DNA of 64,000 nt. It comes from Balanoglossus misakiensis (Eukaryota > Animalia > Hemichordata). The notes below the pieces were generated by a model. The model ran no database searches, was not told where the DNA came from, and was given only the letters and a program-made list of their open reading frames with translations. Position 1 is the first letter of the stretch. Every line of letters begins with the position of its first letter. The DNA is taken from contig CM082591.2 in assembly GCA_040954595.2 (NCBI GenBank), forward strand, positions 7,058,047 to 7,122,046, in the 5' to 3' direction. Shown here piece after piece: positions 40,212 to 52,200 of this stretch. The position numbers and the translations under genes are program-made.

Positions 40212-42986
40212 TTCCTGTGTGGTAACAGTGCAATGACCACTCTCTAAAAATAAGTACTAGTTGTCCGCTCGAAAGGTGCCGCTGCTGTGACGTCTGTAAC
40301 GTGGCCTTTGTCACAAATCCGAAAATTCGCAACGCTCTTATGTTCAAAAGTGATCGATTTTACAGTGTGTCGTCACTAAACGACACGTTCTACCGTCACA
40401 AACGCCACCTATTATAAAACAACTTCTCTTTGACCTCACTACCCATACTTATAATGGCTGTGCCGATATTCAAATACCAGTGAAATTGGCAACTGCATTT
40501 ATCTGCTATAATATGGGACGGGGGTGTCGTTTGGCGATAACGTTGAGACGCATATAAACATTCCATAATTTGGGACAATGATCACTTTGATGAAAGCAAT
40601 GGAAATGTCATTTATGAGCATATATTTCTTACGTTTTTTTTTTATTTCACTTTTAATCAAAGCAGCCCCTCTTTCAACAAATGGGACGTCCCATTCAATG
40701 ACAACAAATGCAACCTGTTGATTTCGTAATGGCGATGTGTACACTGTGTGCTGTGCCCGGCCCCATAGCCTTCTACATTCTAAACTTTGCGGTGGTGCTC
40801 TCTTGTGTTGACGGCATAGCCATTCCTCCTAATCATATTGTCAGTATATAACAAGAACACGTGCCACTGAAACTTATCTTAAAATTAAAATGAAAAACAA
40901 TATGCTTTGTTTTCTATGCTGCTGACAGATTGATACACGTCCATTTCTTATATCCATAGAGCACATGTATTCCATGTATAACATTCTTGTTCAAAATGCT
41001 TATGTAACCGAATTCTGATATACATGTACAATGTCGATGTCATAGATATACATGATATGAAAAAAGACATGAATAAATTTACTGCAAATAAATTGAAATA
41101 TCAGATAAGGTTGAAATTCTATTCACAACCGACCATACATGTACGGTCCAATATGAAAGCAGCTGTCTGTGACCAACTCCATAATTGCGCCCCCCAAACA
41201 CCACCACCACTACCTAGGTTGTTATGTGAAAATTTTCTTATGTGGAAGGGGGACACCCCCTGCCAAACCCACCCCCTCCATTCTTCGCCACATTGCATTT
41301 ATTCGCTGGTTTGTCTAGTGTACCAGGGCAGATCAGACTTCTTCCCACCCCACCCCCGATGCTTACTTTGAGTAGAGTGCCAAAATTAAAATTTGTCCTG
41401 CCTAACATCGAGTTAATTTGCTTTTGAGTTCATTAAAATGCAACTTTGAGCACCGTATTTCACAAAAAATTCTTATGTGGGAGGGGGACACCCCCTCCCA
41501 TACCCACCCACCCCCGCCACTTTTCTTGTTTTACCAATTCTAACAACTATTGTATTGACTTGTCATTTTAATTTATTCATAGATTTCTTTATTGCAACAA
41601 TATACTATTATATACTTCAATTACTTTAAGAAATTTATAATTGATGTGCGAGCCTCATTCCCTTTATTGCATACAGAGTATATAGGATCAGGACGGCGAA
41701 AGTTTTCGGCGTGGGAGGGGGGGGGTCATCATATTTTTGGGCCTGTCAAAGGGGGGGGGGGGGTCATCATTTTTTGGTCCTGGGTGAAGGGGGGGGGGGT
41801 CGGCCTGATTTTGAAAACCGATGACACAAACTTGCCAACCCCCCCCCCCCCCCCAGCTGTAAAAACTGAACGGTCCCTTAGGTATGTGCAGTCTCAGCTC
41901 TAATGGCAAACGCCATGTTTTATATATGTTTTATACAAGGATGGTTTATATCTACACATGGCACCTAGAGACGCTATATTGTTTTGTTGGAACTCAATTG
42001 GAACACTGCCAAAGCATCATCACAGGGTCATTCGACACACCCTTTTGACCATATATAAGCCACAGTGGTGTTGAGAATCAAATCTTTCCATGTCACTGGG
42101 CAGTTCTAGCTGGTTGTACTTAGATCACTGTTCCACATGCAGTCACAGGGCTTCTGAAAACCATGGCAACAAACTCAAAAACTGCTTTGACATCATGATA
42201 TCAACATTATGAATAACCTGCTTAAGTTTGTAAATAAGTTACCAAGGAAACCATGAAAATTAGGTACTATTAACACCTGAAGTTGCAGTGAGGATTTTGA
42301 AGAGTATAAACACCTTTAGAAGTAAAACGACAGACGACATGCCCCAATAAATTAATCCTCATTCATACTAGCTGTTGCATTCTATTGTTGACATGCATAC
42401 AATGATAAGTAGTCTCCTTTTTTGTATCACAAACTGGTGATAGCGAACGTTGGTGATAGCGAATGAACTTTGACCGTGTCCTGACTGTGTCAATAAGTAC
42501 CTGGGTACAACACAGATATCACATGACAACCCACACGTAGTACTCCTGTACGCCCATAACTGAACTCCGGGATTTTCTGCTGATTTTGCCTGATAAGAAT
42601 CAACTTTCTCCAAAATTTGTGGATCTGTGCATTTATTAATCTACCTGGAAACAAGCCGTGTCCTGTGGGAGGTTCAGCTGCTCTGTTACAGCTGTCAACA
42701 GGTATGTTCTTGTATTGAAGTTGATCATTTCAAAAGTGCAGGTCCGATTAGTCCAACCCTAAAATTCAACGCACTCTATAGTTCAGACATTTCTTGACTT
42801 GAATATCTGAACAATTAATTTCCTTTGCTTCATACACTCCAAACTTCTGTCTTAATGTATGTACACTGTTGAAGGCATTAGAACTTTCATATATGAACTT
42901 CCATTTGTTCAACATCCCTGGCAGAATAATCCCTCATTTTGTAATTCTGTCGACCACTGTATGAGAATTATTATTTATAGTCAGGC

Positions 42987-43346
42987 CAGTGGTTCCGTTA
43001 ACGCAAAATCCTGCATATTTTACGCCTTTCTGACCATAATTACGCAAAGACAAGGATGGACGCGTACACCAGTACGTATTGACTCTAGCCACTAGAGATA
43101 AGGAAATTGTATAGGCAAGGTTTACAAGCTAAAAATAACTGGACGCGCACGTAACTTTACATTAACGCACAGAAATGACTTGCAATTTTCACTCAGGCAA
43201 CATTACAGATTAAACTTTGCAACATTGTACGGTGGTGTTCTGTTACAGGCTTTCAACTTCCTATGCAATTTTGATACATTTTACGCAAAGTAAATGCTGA
43301 ATGCATATTGAAGTACACATAGAAAAAAAATCTAACGGAACCTCTG
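42987..43346. mobile_element. MITE with CAG...CTG ends and a 7-bp TSD (P-element-like?); inverted copy at 4209-4533
   Basis: gtcaggc-cagtggttccgtta ... taacggaacctctg-gtcaggc; the 4209-4533 copy is flanked by cactgt/cactgt. Confidence 0.85.
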
Positions 43347-43671
43347 GTCAGGCCAATTAACTCCAACTATTCTGTCAATCACAGTAGGACATGATGCAAC
43401 ATGCAGACTATGGATAATATTTAATCCTTCATGTTGTGGCCTGGCTTTACACTGACTGTGACCTCATTTGACCTTTAGGGAGCTGCTTTACAATCATGTC
43501 ATATCACGTAGTATACCGGTAGAGTATGCAGTCATGAATATATGTCACAATACTAATTACATACATGTACTGTCAAGTTTTCCCTGAAACAAATTTCACC
43601 ATCACCTACCGGTACAGCAGTATTATACCGTACTGTATACTGGTATACTTCTTCCCAGCAGGAATGTAATT

Positions 43672-46216
43672 ATGTCAGAACCATCTGCAGCACTGGTTGT
43701 ATTGAAATCATGGGACAAGGAGGCAAAGACCTCCCAACCAACTCAAGCTATAATCAAACATCTCATAGAAAACACACTCCAGTCTGAGAATGTTTCAAAA
43801 TTCCTCTGTACTACCCTTGAAGTTGAAGTTAGTGAAGAACAAGAGAAAGATGCAGAGAGTGTTGACGCTACTTTGATCCCAGCTGTAAGAGACAAGAGAT
43901 TGGATCCTCATGAAGACCCCCCTGGAGTACACTGGTTTGCCAGCCACAGTATCCACTTCCCAGAGCTGAAAGAACTGAAAAACATCCAACATGTAGTCGG
44001 ATATTCTCCACAGACACACAATGCAGCCAAAGCAATTCATGAAAATCTCTTCCCTGAAGCCAAACTTCATCAACTCCAACTTCCCAATCCACCACCTGTG
44101 GCAGCATTAATGGTCATGCAAACCTGGCAGACAGAATCAGAAGATCAGACAACAACACCAACTCATCAGCTTGTCACTAAATTTCGAGAAGAAACCCTGA
44201 AGTCGGAGAAAGTTTCTCAATCCTACTTTACTACACTTGATGTTGAAGTGAGTGAAGAACAAAAGAAAGATGCAGAGAAATTTAATGTTACTTTGATCCC
44301 AGCTACAAAAAGCGAGTGGTTGGATCCTCATGAAGACCCCCCTGGAGTACACTGGCTTGTTAACCATAGCATTTACTTCCCAGGACTGAAGGAACTGAAA
44401 AACATCCAACATGTAGTCGGATATTCTCCACAGACACACAATGCAGCCAAAGCAATTCAAGAGAGTCTCTTCCCTGAAGCCAAACTTCATCAACTTCAAC
44501 TTCCCAATCCACCACCTGTGGCAGCATTAATGGTCATGCAAACCTGGCAGACAGAATCAGAAGATCAGACAACAACATCAACTAACAAACTCGTCACTGA
44601 ATTTCGAGAAGAAAAACTGAAGCCAGATGAAGTTTCTGAATTCCACTGTACTACCCTTGAAGTTGAAGTGAGTGAAGAACAAAAGAAAGATGCAGAGAGT
44701 GTTGATGCTACTTTGATCCCAGCTGTAAGAGACAAGAGATTGGATCCTCATGAAGACCCCCCTGGAGTACACTGGCTTGTTCACCATGATACATACTTCC
44801 CTAGACTGAAGGAACTGACAAACATCCAACATGTAGTCGGATATTCTCCAAAGACACAGAATGCAGCCAAAGCAATCCACGAAAGTCTCTTCTCTAAAGC
44901 CAAACTTCATCAACTCCATCTTCCAGATCCACCTCCTGGAGTATTATTTGTGTATGACGACTGGAACAAAGAAGATTGTGGCTTGACTGGGTTTCACAGA
45001 ACTCTCGTACAAGATTTCTGTGCAAGAAAAGTCAAAGAAGAAACACCTGTTAACGCCTACTCCACCTTTGTTGGTGTCAAAGTCAGTGATGACCAGAAGG
45101 CAGATGCTGCCAAGTGTCGGGTTAAATTGATTCCAGCACAACAACAAGAAGAAGACAGAACTGCAGAGCCAGAAGAAGATCAGCCACATTTAAAATGGTT
45201 GACGAAATATCATGAAACCTAATACCCTCACCTCAGACAGCTACAAAACATCCAGTATGTTGTTGGTTATGCTCCAAGAACTGGATTTGCTGCTGCAAAT
45301 ATCAGAAAAAAATTGTTTCCTGATGCTAAACTTGTAATGATCAACCATGCCTATGAAGAAGGCAACTGTCTGTTGAAACTACCTCCAGGAAAGTTTAGTG
45401 AAATGATGCTGAAGCTGGCCAGTGAAGCTGACCTCATATTTTCAATTGGTCCAAGTATGTATGAGCATTTCAAGAATGAATACCGAGCTACCTTTGAAGG
45501 CAGGGAACTACACATGATCCCTCATGAAGAGATTTTTCCCAGACCTGCTGAAGTCTTTTTCAGAAAAGACCCAACGTTCCTAGATGGAGTGACTACTCAC
45601 AGCATACTGACATACGGGCAGATTGATACACAAGAAGCCTTGGACAGATGTGAGACAATAGCAGCTGCTATTGGAAGTGCAGCAAACATGGTGAAAGACT
45701 TTCACAACAAACTTCTGAATTGGTCAATACGGGGAGCAGGTGAGGCTGAACTGAAGCATATTCTACAGCAGATGAACAGCAATCATGTAATGGCATATCC
45801 TCACCCAGATTACTCAGAAAAGACCTTATTGATATCAGTGCATCAATCTCACAGTTGTCTTCCTGTCTCTGTCTACAAGGACTATCCATATAGCGGTTTA
45901 GAATCTATAGCAGTTGGACTACCAACCTATCCTGATGAATATTCCCAGCTTGGAAAGTTAGTCCAGAAATACTTTCCATACCACGCAGACAGATTTGTAG
46001 TGTCACACTCATCTGATAAGATTTCGGAGAAGATAATATGGAGTGTCAAGAACAGCAGGTCAGCTTTTGAAGAAGCTAAGGAGCTGAAGAAGGCTCTCAT
46101 GGAGTGTGAAGATGTCTACAAGAGTTACGCCAAATTCAGCAGTTTGTTGACACCAGACAAAGTAAGGGAACAGGAAGACAGAGTTGACCCATGTGGCAAG
46201 GATATAAATCCTGCAG
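43672..46216 (+). CDS. First coding exon: tandem GT-B N-lobe repeats plus GT4-like glycosyltransferase domain, interrupted by TAA at 45220
   Basis: VLFVYDDWNKEDCGLTGFHRTL...VSDDQKADA...KLIPA...WL...YVVGYAPRTG.AA.NI...FPDAKLVMINH...LASEADLIFSIGP...SGLESIAVGLP matches the pattern of animal GT4 'conflict' glycosyltransferases. ORFs 43672-45222 and 45313-46281 are in the same frame. Confidence 0.75.
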
Positions 46217-49200
46217 GTATGGGACATTTGAAATATTTTGCCCTCAAGGTTTTTGTTTGGGATGCAATCATGTGGTTTTAATGGTTTTTGATCTGCAAGG
46301 CTAGTCAGTGTGCCTGCATTTCTTAAAGGAGCAATTTTCAATCTATGGTTCTCCCATTAGTATGGTAGATTAATTCTCCCCCAACCCAATCGTGGCTAAT
46401 ACTTACTAATCGTGTTAAATTATCACAACATTAATTTACACACTGATCTGAACTGCTTGTCTCCTTAGCTAAAAAAAACCTATCACCAAGTGATCGGTTT
46501 TGATTAGGCCATGCTCATACCAAACAGGAATTCAGATTGATTTGGTGCATGTATGTAATTTATTGTCATTATTGTCTCTGACATAATTGTTGTTCTACCT
46601 GTCATCATCTATAGATAATCCCGCTGACACAAAAATTGCAATCCACGTCCAACTGGATGAAAATGTCTACCAGGAGTATCTAGCAGAAAATGAGGGCCAG
46701 AATGAGGAAAGGCAACAGGCAGCATCTACAGCTTGGAACAACTGCAAACAACAGTTGAAGAGAAGAGCATCTGATGTGGTATCCAACGGTGAAGACACTG
46801 AGAAAGTCAAGAAAGTCTGCACTGAGAATTTGGGTGAAGTGGAAATAACCAGTATGAAATCAGAGTCTCTGCAAATCACAGCCAACATGCGTAGACTTTA
46901 TAATCTCTACAGATTGCGGGGAAGCTGTCTTGAAGATTCAAGAAGTTTAGCCAAGGCATTAGAACCAATATTGATGACAGATGAAATGACAGAGGCCAAC
47001 ACAGCTGGAATTCCACTACAGTTGATAGCTACATATGACCAAGCCAGGTTTGATGAACTGGAACTATTCTTTCTGAACAGTAAGTTTTGTTTATCAGATA
47101 GGGCTATAATAAAACTCTCAGATTATTGATTAAACCAGAAAAAATAGGTTGCAATTGCCTTCCAAAAGAGATAAAAATCTTTCTGAAGCATGGTATTTAA
47201 TTTATCAAGTTGATTTGACAAAGATTTCATATCAACATTTCTACTCAATGTACATGTAACTTGTTTGACATATAGATGAAATAGGATAACTTAAATGTTG
47301 AATGACTTCTGTGTGTATACGTAATTATTGTAACAGTAACAGATATGATTTCCTAGAAAAAATGTTTTATTTATTATCTTTCAGGAGATGGTGGAGGAAT
47401 AGGACCAGTGGTATGTAACGACAGCGTAGACGATGAATATGTCAATGAGATACTGGCCGAGGTATGCTTTATAATTTTAAACCTTAAAGTGCCACACCTG
47501 ACCAATTGCAAGCCAAGCTGCTCTTGGATGATTATTGTCTTCCACAGTCATGTTGACTACACAGGTCAATTTATTGTGAGTGCTAAAAAAATATGACAGT
47601 GATAGATGCATGATGAATTTATGCACTTCATAATGTATCCGGTAAAAGGATAAAGCCTTTTATGCAGCATAACTTCCAATTTCAGGTTGACAGAACACAC
47701 CTAACTTTGCAACGGGAGGTTACAGAAAAATATGTTGATATTGAACAGACTGACCTGAAACAAAGTGAGTAATTTAATGTAAATAATAGTCAAGTACTGC
47801 AAACATTTGGTACGTACTCTAGTCCACATTTGTTCATCTTTTGACTTTCTGGTCCAGCTGTGATCAGATAACTTGGGCATATACTTTGCTTAGAACACAC
47901 TGACCACAATTTTCAAACGAACACTTATATACACAGTGGGGGATATGTGCACACACTGCACATAAGGCTTCATAAATATTCACAGATTAGAATGGATTTT
48001 TGTCTTCAACATTGGATTTTTGTCTTCAACATTTCATTCTTTCAAATGCTCAGAGATTGGGCATGATTTTCAAATGCAATCGTAAATAGTTACTGACATG
48101 AATGGTTTGTTAACAGTTATTCAAATTTTTCTCTTGATAATTACACACATATTTGACTTGTCAGTGTACACTTACACTATAATGTCCTGACTTTTTTTTA
48201 TCTGAGGGATGATGTAGGAAGGATTTTGTTGTGGCCATGATATCTGGTTATGGGTTATATTTTACATTCAACACCGTGAACCACTTATTCTTTCTTCATA
48301 ACCAGCTTAATTAGATGCTTCATGTGCCAAGACATAAAACCTGATTTTGTGTGTATTTTGCAGGTGGGATATTATCCAAGTTGTTGTTCCTTGAGATTGA
48401 TTCGACACGAGAAATCCAGAAGTCAGCTGACAAATATGCACCTCTGATACTCAACAGTGAGCAGTGTAAAAGACAGAAAGGAAGACAGTGTGACATCATA
48501 CAACTTACAATGAAAATGACCGAGAAAGTTCAGCATATCCTATCTCACAGACCTCAAGTCTTAGAGTTACTAGGTGTTAGAAGATATCTTGTGACTGACA
48601 CAGAAAGGATGGATTTTAGTGACTCAGGTAATTCACAAATATGATGCAAACAGCACATTTGCTTTACAAAGGGAAGTAATTGTTTGTTGCACTTTGTAAC
48701 AAAAAGTAAATATACACAGCTATGCACTGTGCAACATGAATGAAACTTTATAATAGTTTTGCAATATTATCATTCTCTATGTGTGATAATTTAGGCCCAA
48801 ACCCTTGGGTGTAATTTGGGGCGCCCTCTATGTAGTGGGCCTTCCCGCCTTCGGTAGAGAAGTTGCTACATTTGTAGGGCTTCCGCCATCTTGCAGATTT
48901 GCTGGAACAGTCGCTCGCTCAACTTCTCCCGAAATCCGTCCTTTTAGACGCTACATCATCACAATATGTCTGATCACTCAGATAACAACTCTCTCATATC
49001 GTGAATTCGGCACTTGGCACCTCCGCATGGCCGACGTTCATCGGACAGTCTACTCGTGCTGAATGGCCGATCTCCCATATGCCACAAGCGAACGATGACG
49101 CCTCTGACATCACGGTATTTTCATCATTCCGTCGAGCACTTCCACCTCATCGGAATTTTCTTCAAACTGTGCCCAAGAAGGTCTCTACACGCAGTCGCGT

Positions 49201-52200
49201 CGTCATGGACCTCAACTTTCCAGAACTCCTCATTCCGTCGAGCACTTCCTCCTCATCGGAATTTTCTTCAAACTGTGCCCAAGAAGATCTCTACACGCCG
49301 TCGCGTCGTCATGGACCTCAGCTTTTCAGAACTCTTCTGTCAATCTCCGGCCATACAGCCGTATCATTACAACATCCTGTCCACTTCAACTACACAGACT
49401 TTCATAGCCTCCTTCATCGTCTAACGTTTACATTCGGGCTCCCTGGTCCCTTACATCAGAGAATCCTCCGCCCATACAGCCGCATCATAGGACATTTCGT
49501 CCTATGTAACAGTAACTCAGCATCTCTTCATTGATCCGAATCATTCATCGCACTGAAGTTCCAGCCGACCTCCAGCTGGACCCCTTACAACTAGACCATT
49601 CCCCATTGGGATTGTGGTCCTCTCCTCAACTCTACCAAAGGACTCTATCCGCCGACGTGTTGTCATGTTCTCAGCTTTTCAGGGCGCTTCCTCGCGAAGG
49701 CGGCTCACCCGCTGTTTCCGAAAGTTTTCACGTAAAATTGTAGTACTCATCTCATTTCTCATAAATTATTCAGGACGAGAACACGGTTGATTGTTATACA
49801 CAGAGTTTTACCCCGACCGCCTTGAAACTTTTACTTGACCCCACAGATTACAGTCTTCTGGGTTTTTCACAGCATCATTTGTTTGTTTGTTTGTTTTCAA
49901 CAGTCAATGTCACTAATTCAGGTCGCTCACGAGACCTCCACATGCTTTAATATTTGTGAGAGCCAGGGATAGTACCTGCACTCAATAGTTGAGACCTCAA
50001 GTCGCACATTTTCAGGGTCAGGATCACCATATCCACTTACCTGAATATTCAGCAGATGGCGCATCTCGCACCGTCACAGTTTTACATTTCCCACAGTATG
50101 CACGTGGCAGAAGTGGCAGTACCAGTCACCTCTTTCACCAATCTCATTCTGGGCTGTTCAGGTTCACAGTGCACCTTTCCTGCGTAGGAAGGTCTTTGTA
50201 GTTTAGACTCACTTTCTAATTTCAGGTTCGTTCATCATGACTTGCTCTTCATCAGCAAACAGCAGTTTTGTACGCTTCTGCATTGGTGTCAGGGACAGTT
50301 CCATTTTGAACACCCACTGGCAGTCCTCTTTGTTTTGTCATTTTTATCGGCTTCAAGCCAGCAACGCCTACACCGCATGTCTTTTCATTGTTTTTTTATC
50401 TTTTATCTCGTCCAGTCAATATAGTTTACTCGCTGTAATTTTTCTTAAGTGTTAGGCATCTTTATTGCAAGTTACTAGGCAGTCGTAGTTTACGGGCTGA
50501 TGGGAACTCCCCGAATGCTCCCCCCCCCCCCTCTGGCTTGGCGGCTTGGTGCTGGTTTTGTCAAACTCTTTTCATTTGCATTAAAGATTTTGCCAAGTTT
50601 CCACCAACCCTCGAGTGTGTCGCATTCTGTTCCTCCCCATCAGCCCATTCGCTTTCAACATTTCTAGTTTGAGTATCTCATGTGTATTTGCATGCACCAG
50701 CAATTTACCCACTACACATGGGTTTTCCTGTACTTTTCCTATGTAAGTGAAGCTCCAGAGAGGGCAGCCACTAATTATGGAACTTAATACATGTCCAAGG
50801 TTACTTGATATCAATAAAATTTATCTACATTCTCCATTTCAGATTTGGCAGATGAATTCAACCTACATGGCAGACTAATTCATCCCATACCAGCAGAGTC
50901 TATCAGCTTACAAGCAAAAAGCTTACTGCCCTTTGAAGCTAGTGCAAAGCATCTCAAAGAACTGCAAAAACTGTTGGATGGGGTCCTGACAGATAAGTCC
51001 AAAATTCAGACTAAGTCAGTTGAGAATAAGAGAAAGCTAGTTGGAGAAATCACTAAACTGCAGACTGAGTCAGTTGAGAATAAGAGAAAGCGAGTTGGAG
51101 AAATCACTAAACTGCAGACAGAGAAAATGATTCTAGAGAATCAGTTGAAAGAAGCACTTCAGGAAAAGTCACTCTTAGAAGAGCAGTACAAACAGAAACT
51201 TGCAAGTGTTGAGAAAGTAGCCGCCACACAACTTATGGATGTCATTTCCCTGAAGCAAAGATTGAGAGAATCAGACCCTAGACACATCCAAGAGTTGGAA
51301 TCTAAACTTGAGCAACAAGAACAAACCATAACTGAGCTAAAGTCAAAATTATCCAAAATCCAGGATGATCAATCTGACACTGAGCTGCAACTGAAACCTG
51401 CTAAAACTCTTCAACTGGAAGAAGATGCAACATTGGAAACTGAACAAGGTGAGATTGATAAAAATCTGCTTCGATTATTCCTGCATCAAGAAAAATCTTC
51501 CAGCTCATATAGATTATAAAAAAATGCAAGTTTTCATTGTTGTAAGGATTAACCAAGTACTTACCATTTAATTTCAAATATTTGTAGGCAAACTCACACC
51601 ATCTGATGTGCCTCTCAAGAAAGATGACACAGGAGACATATTACCTGTAACCATGGCTACAAAAGATGAAGATGAGCCTGTGAAACCAGCATCAATGCAA
51701 CCTAAGATGGCATCAGAAGAAACAGGAGCAGAGAAAGCCAGACAACCACAACCAGAGAAAATGGGAAAAGAAGACACTGAGGCTGTGGCCGAGATGACGG
51801 AAGGAGATGGAACTGAGACTAAGAAAACCAAAGAGAAAGAACTTAAGACAAAAGAAAAAGGTACACAAAACCTGTCAATGAGAAGCTTAGAAAGTTGGAA
51901 CTACATTTACATCAATCTGATGTTGGAAAGCATGGTAATAGTATGCTAGTATTCTTGATAGAGAAAAATCAGTCACAGATATCCAATGAGATGAGTAAAC
52001 ATTCGATGTTGGCCAAATGATTCAATCTGATGTTGGAAAGCAGTACCTGGTATATTCTTGACAGAGGAAAATGAGATATCTCATAAGAAATAAGAAATCA
52101 TTCCATTAAATATCAGCCAAACGTAATCAGATTAATTGACAGCACTATCGTAGTCAGTGTATACTTGTAAATTCCACCCAATCACCTTTCTATCCACTCG

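Noticed and set aside
45220-45222. Selenocysteine recoding of the in-frame stop
   Set aside because: The codon is TAA rather than TGA, and the aligned residue is Tyr rather than Cys.
49001-49534. 177-aa and 136-aa ORFs
   Set aside because: They lie within a repeat-containing insertion with no conserved motif and are not in phase with the gene model.
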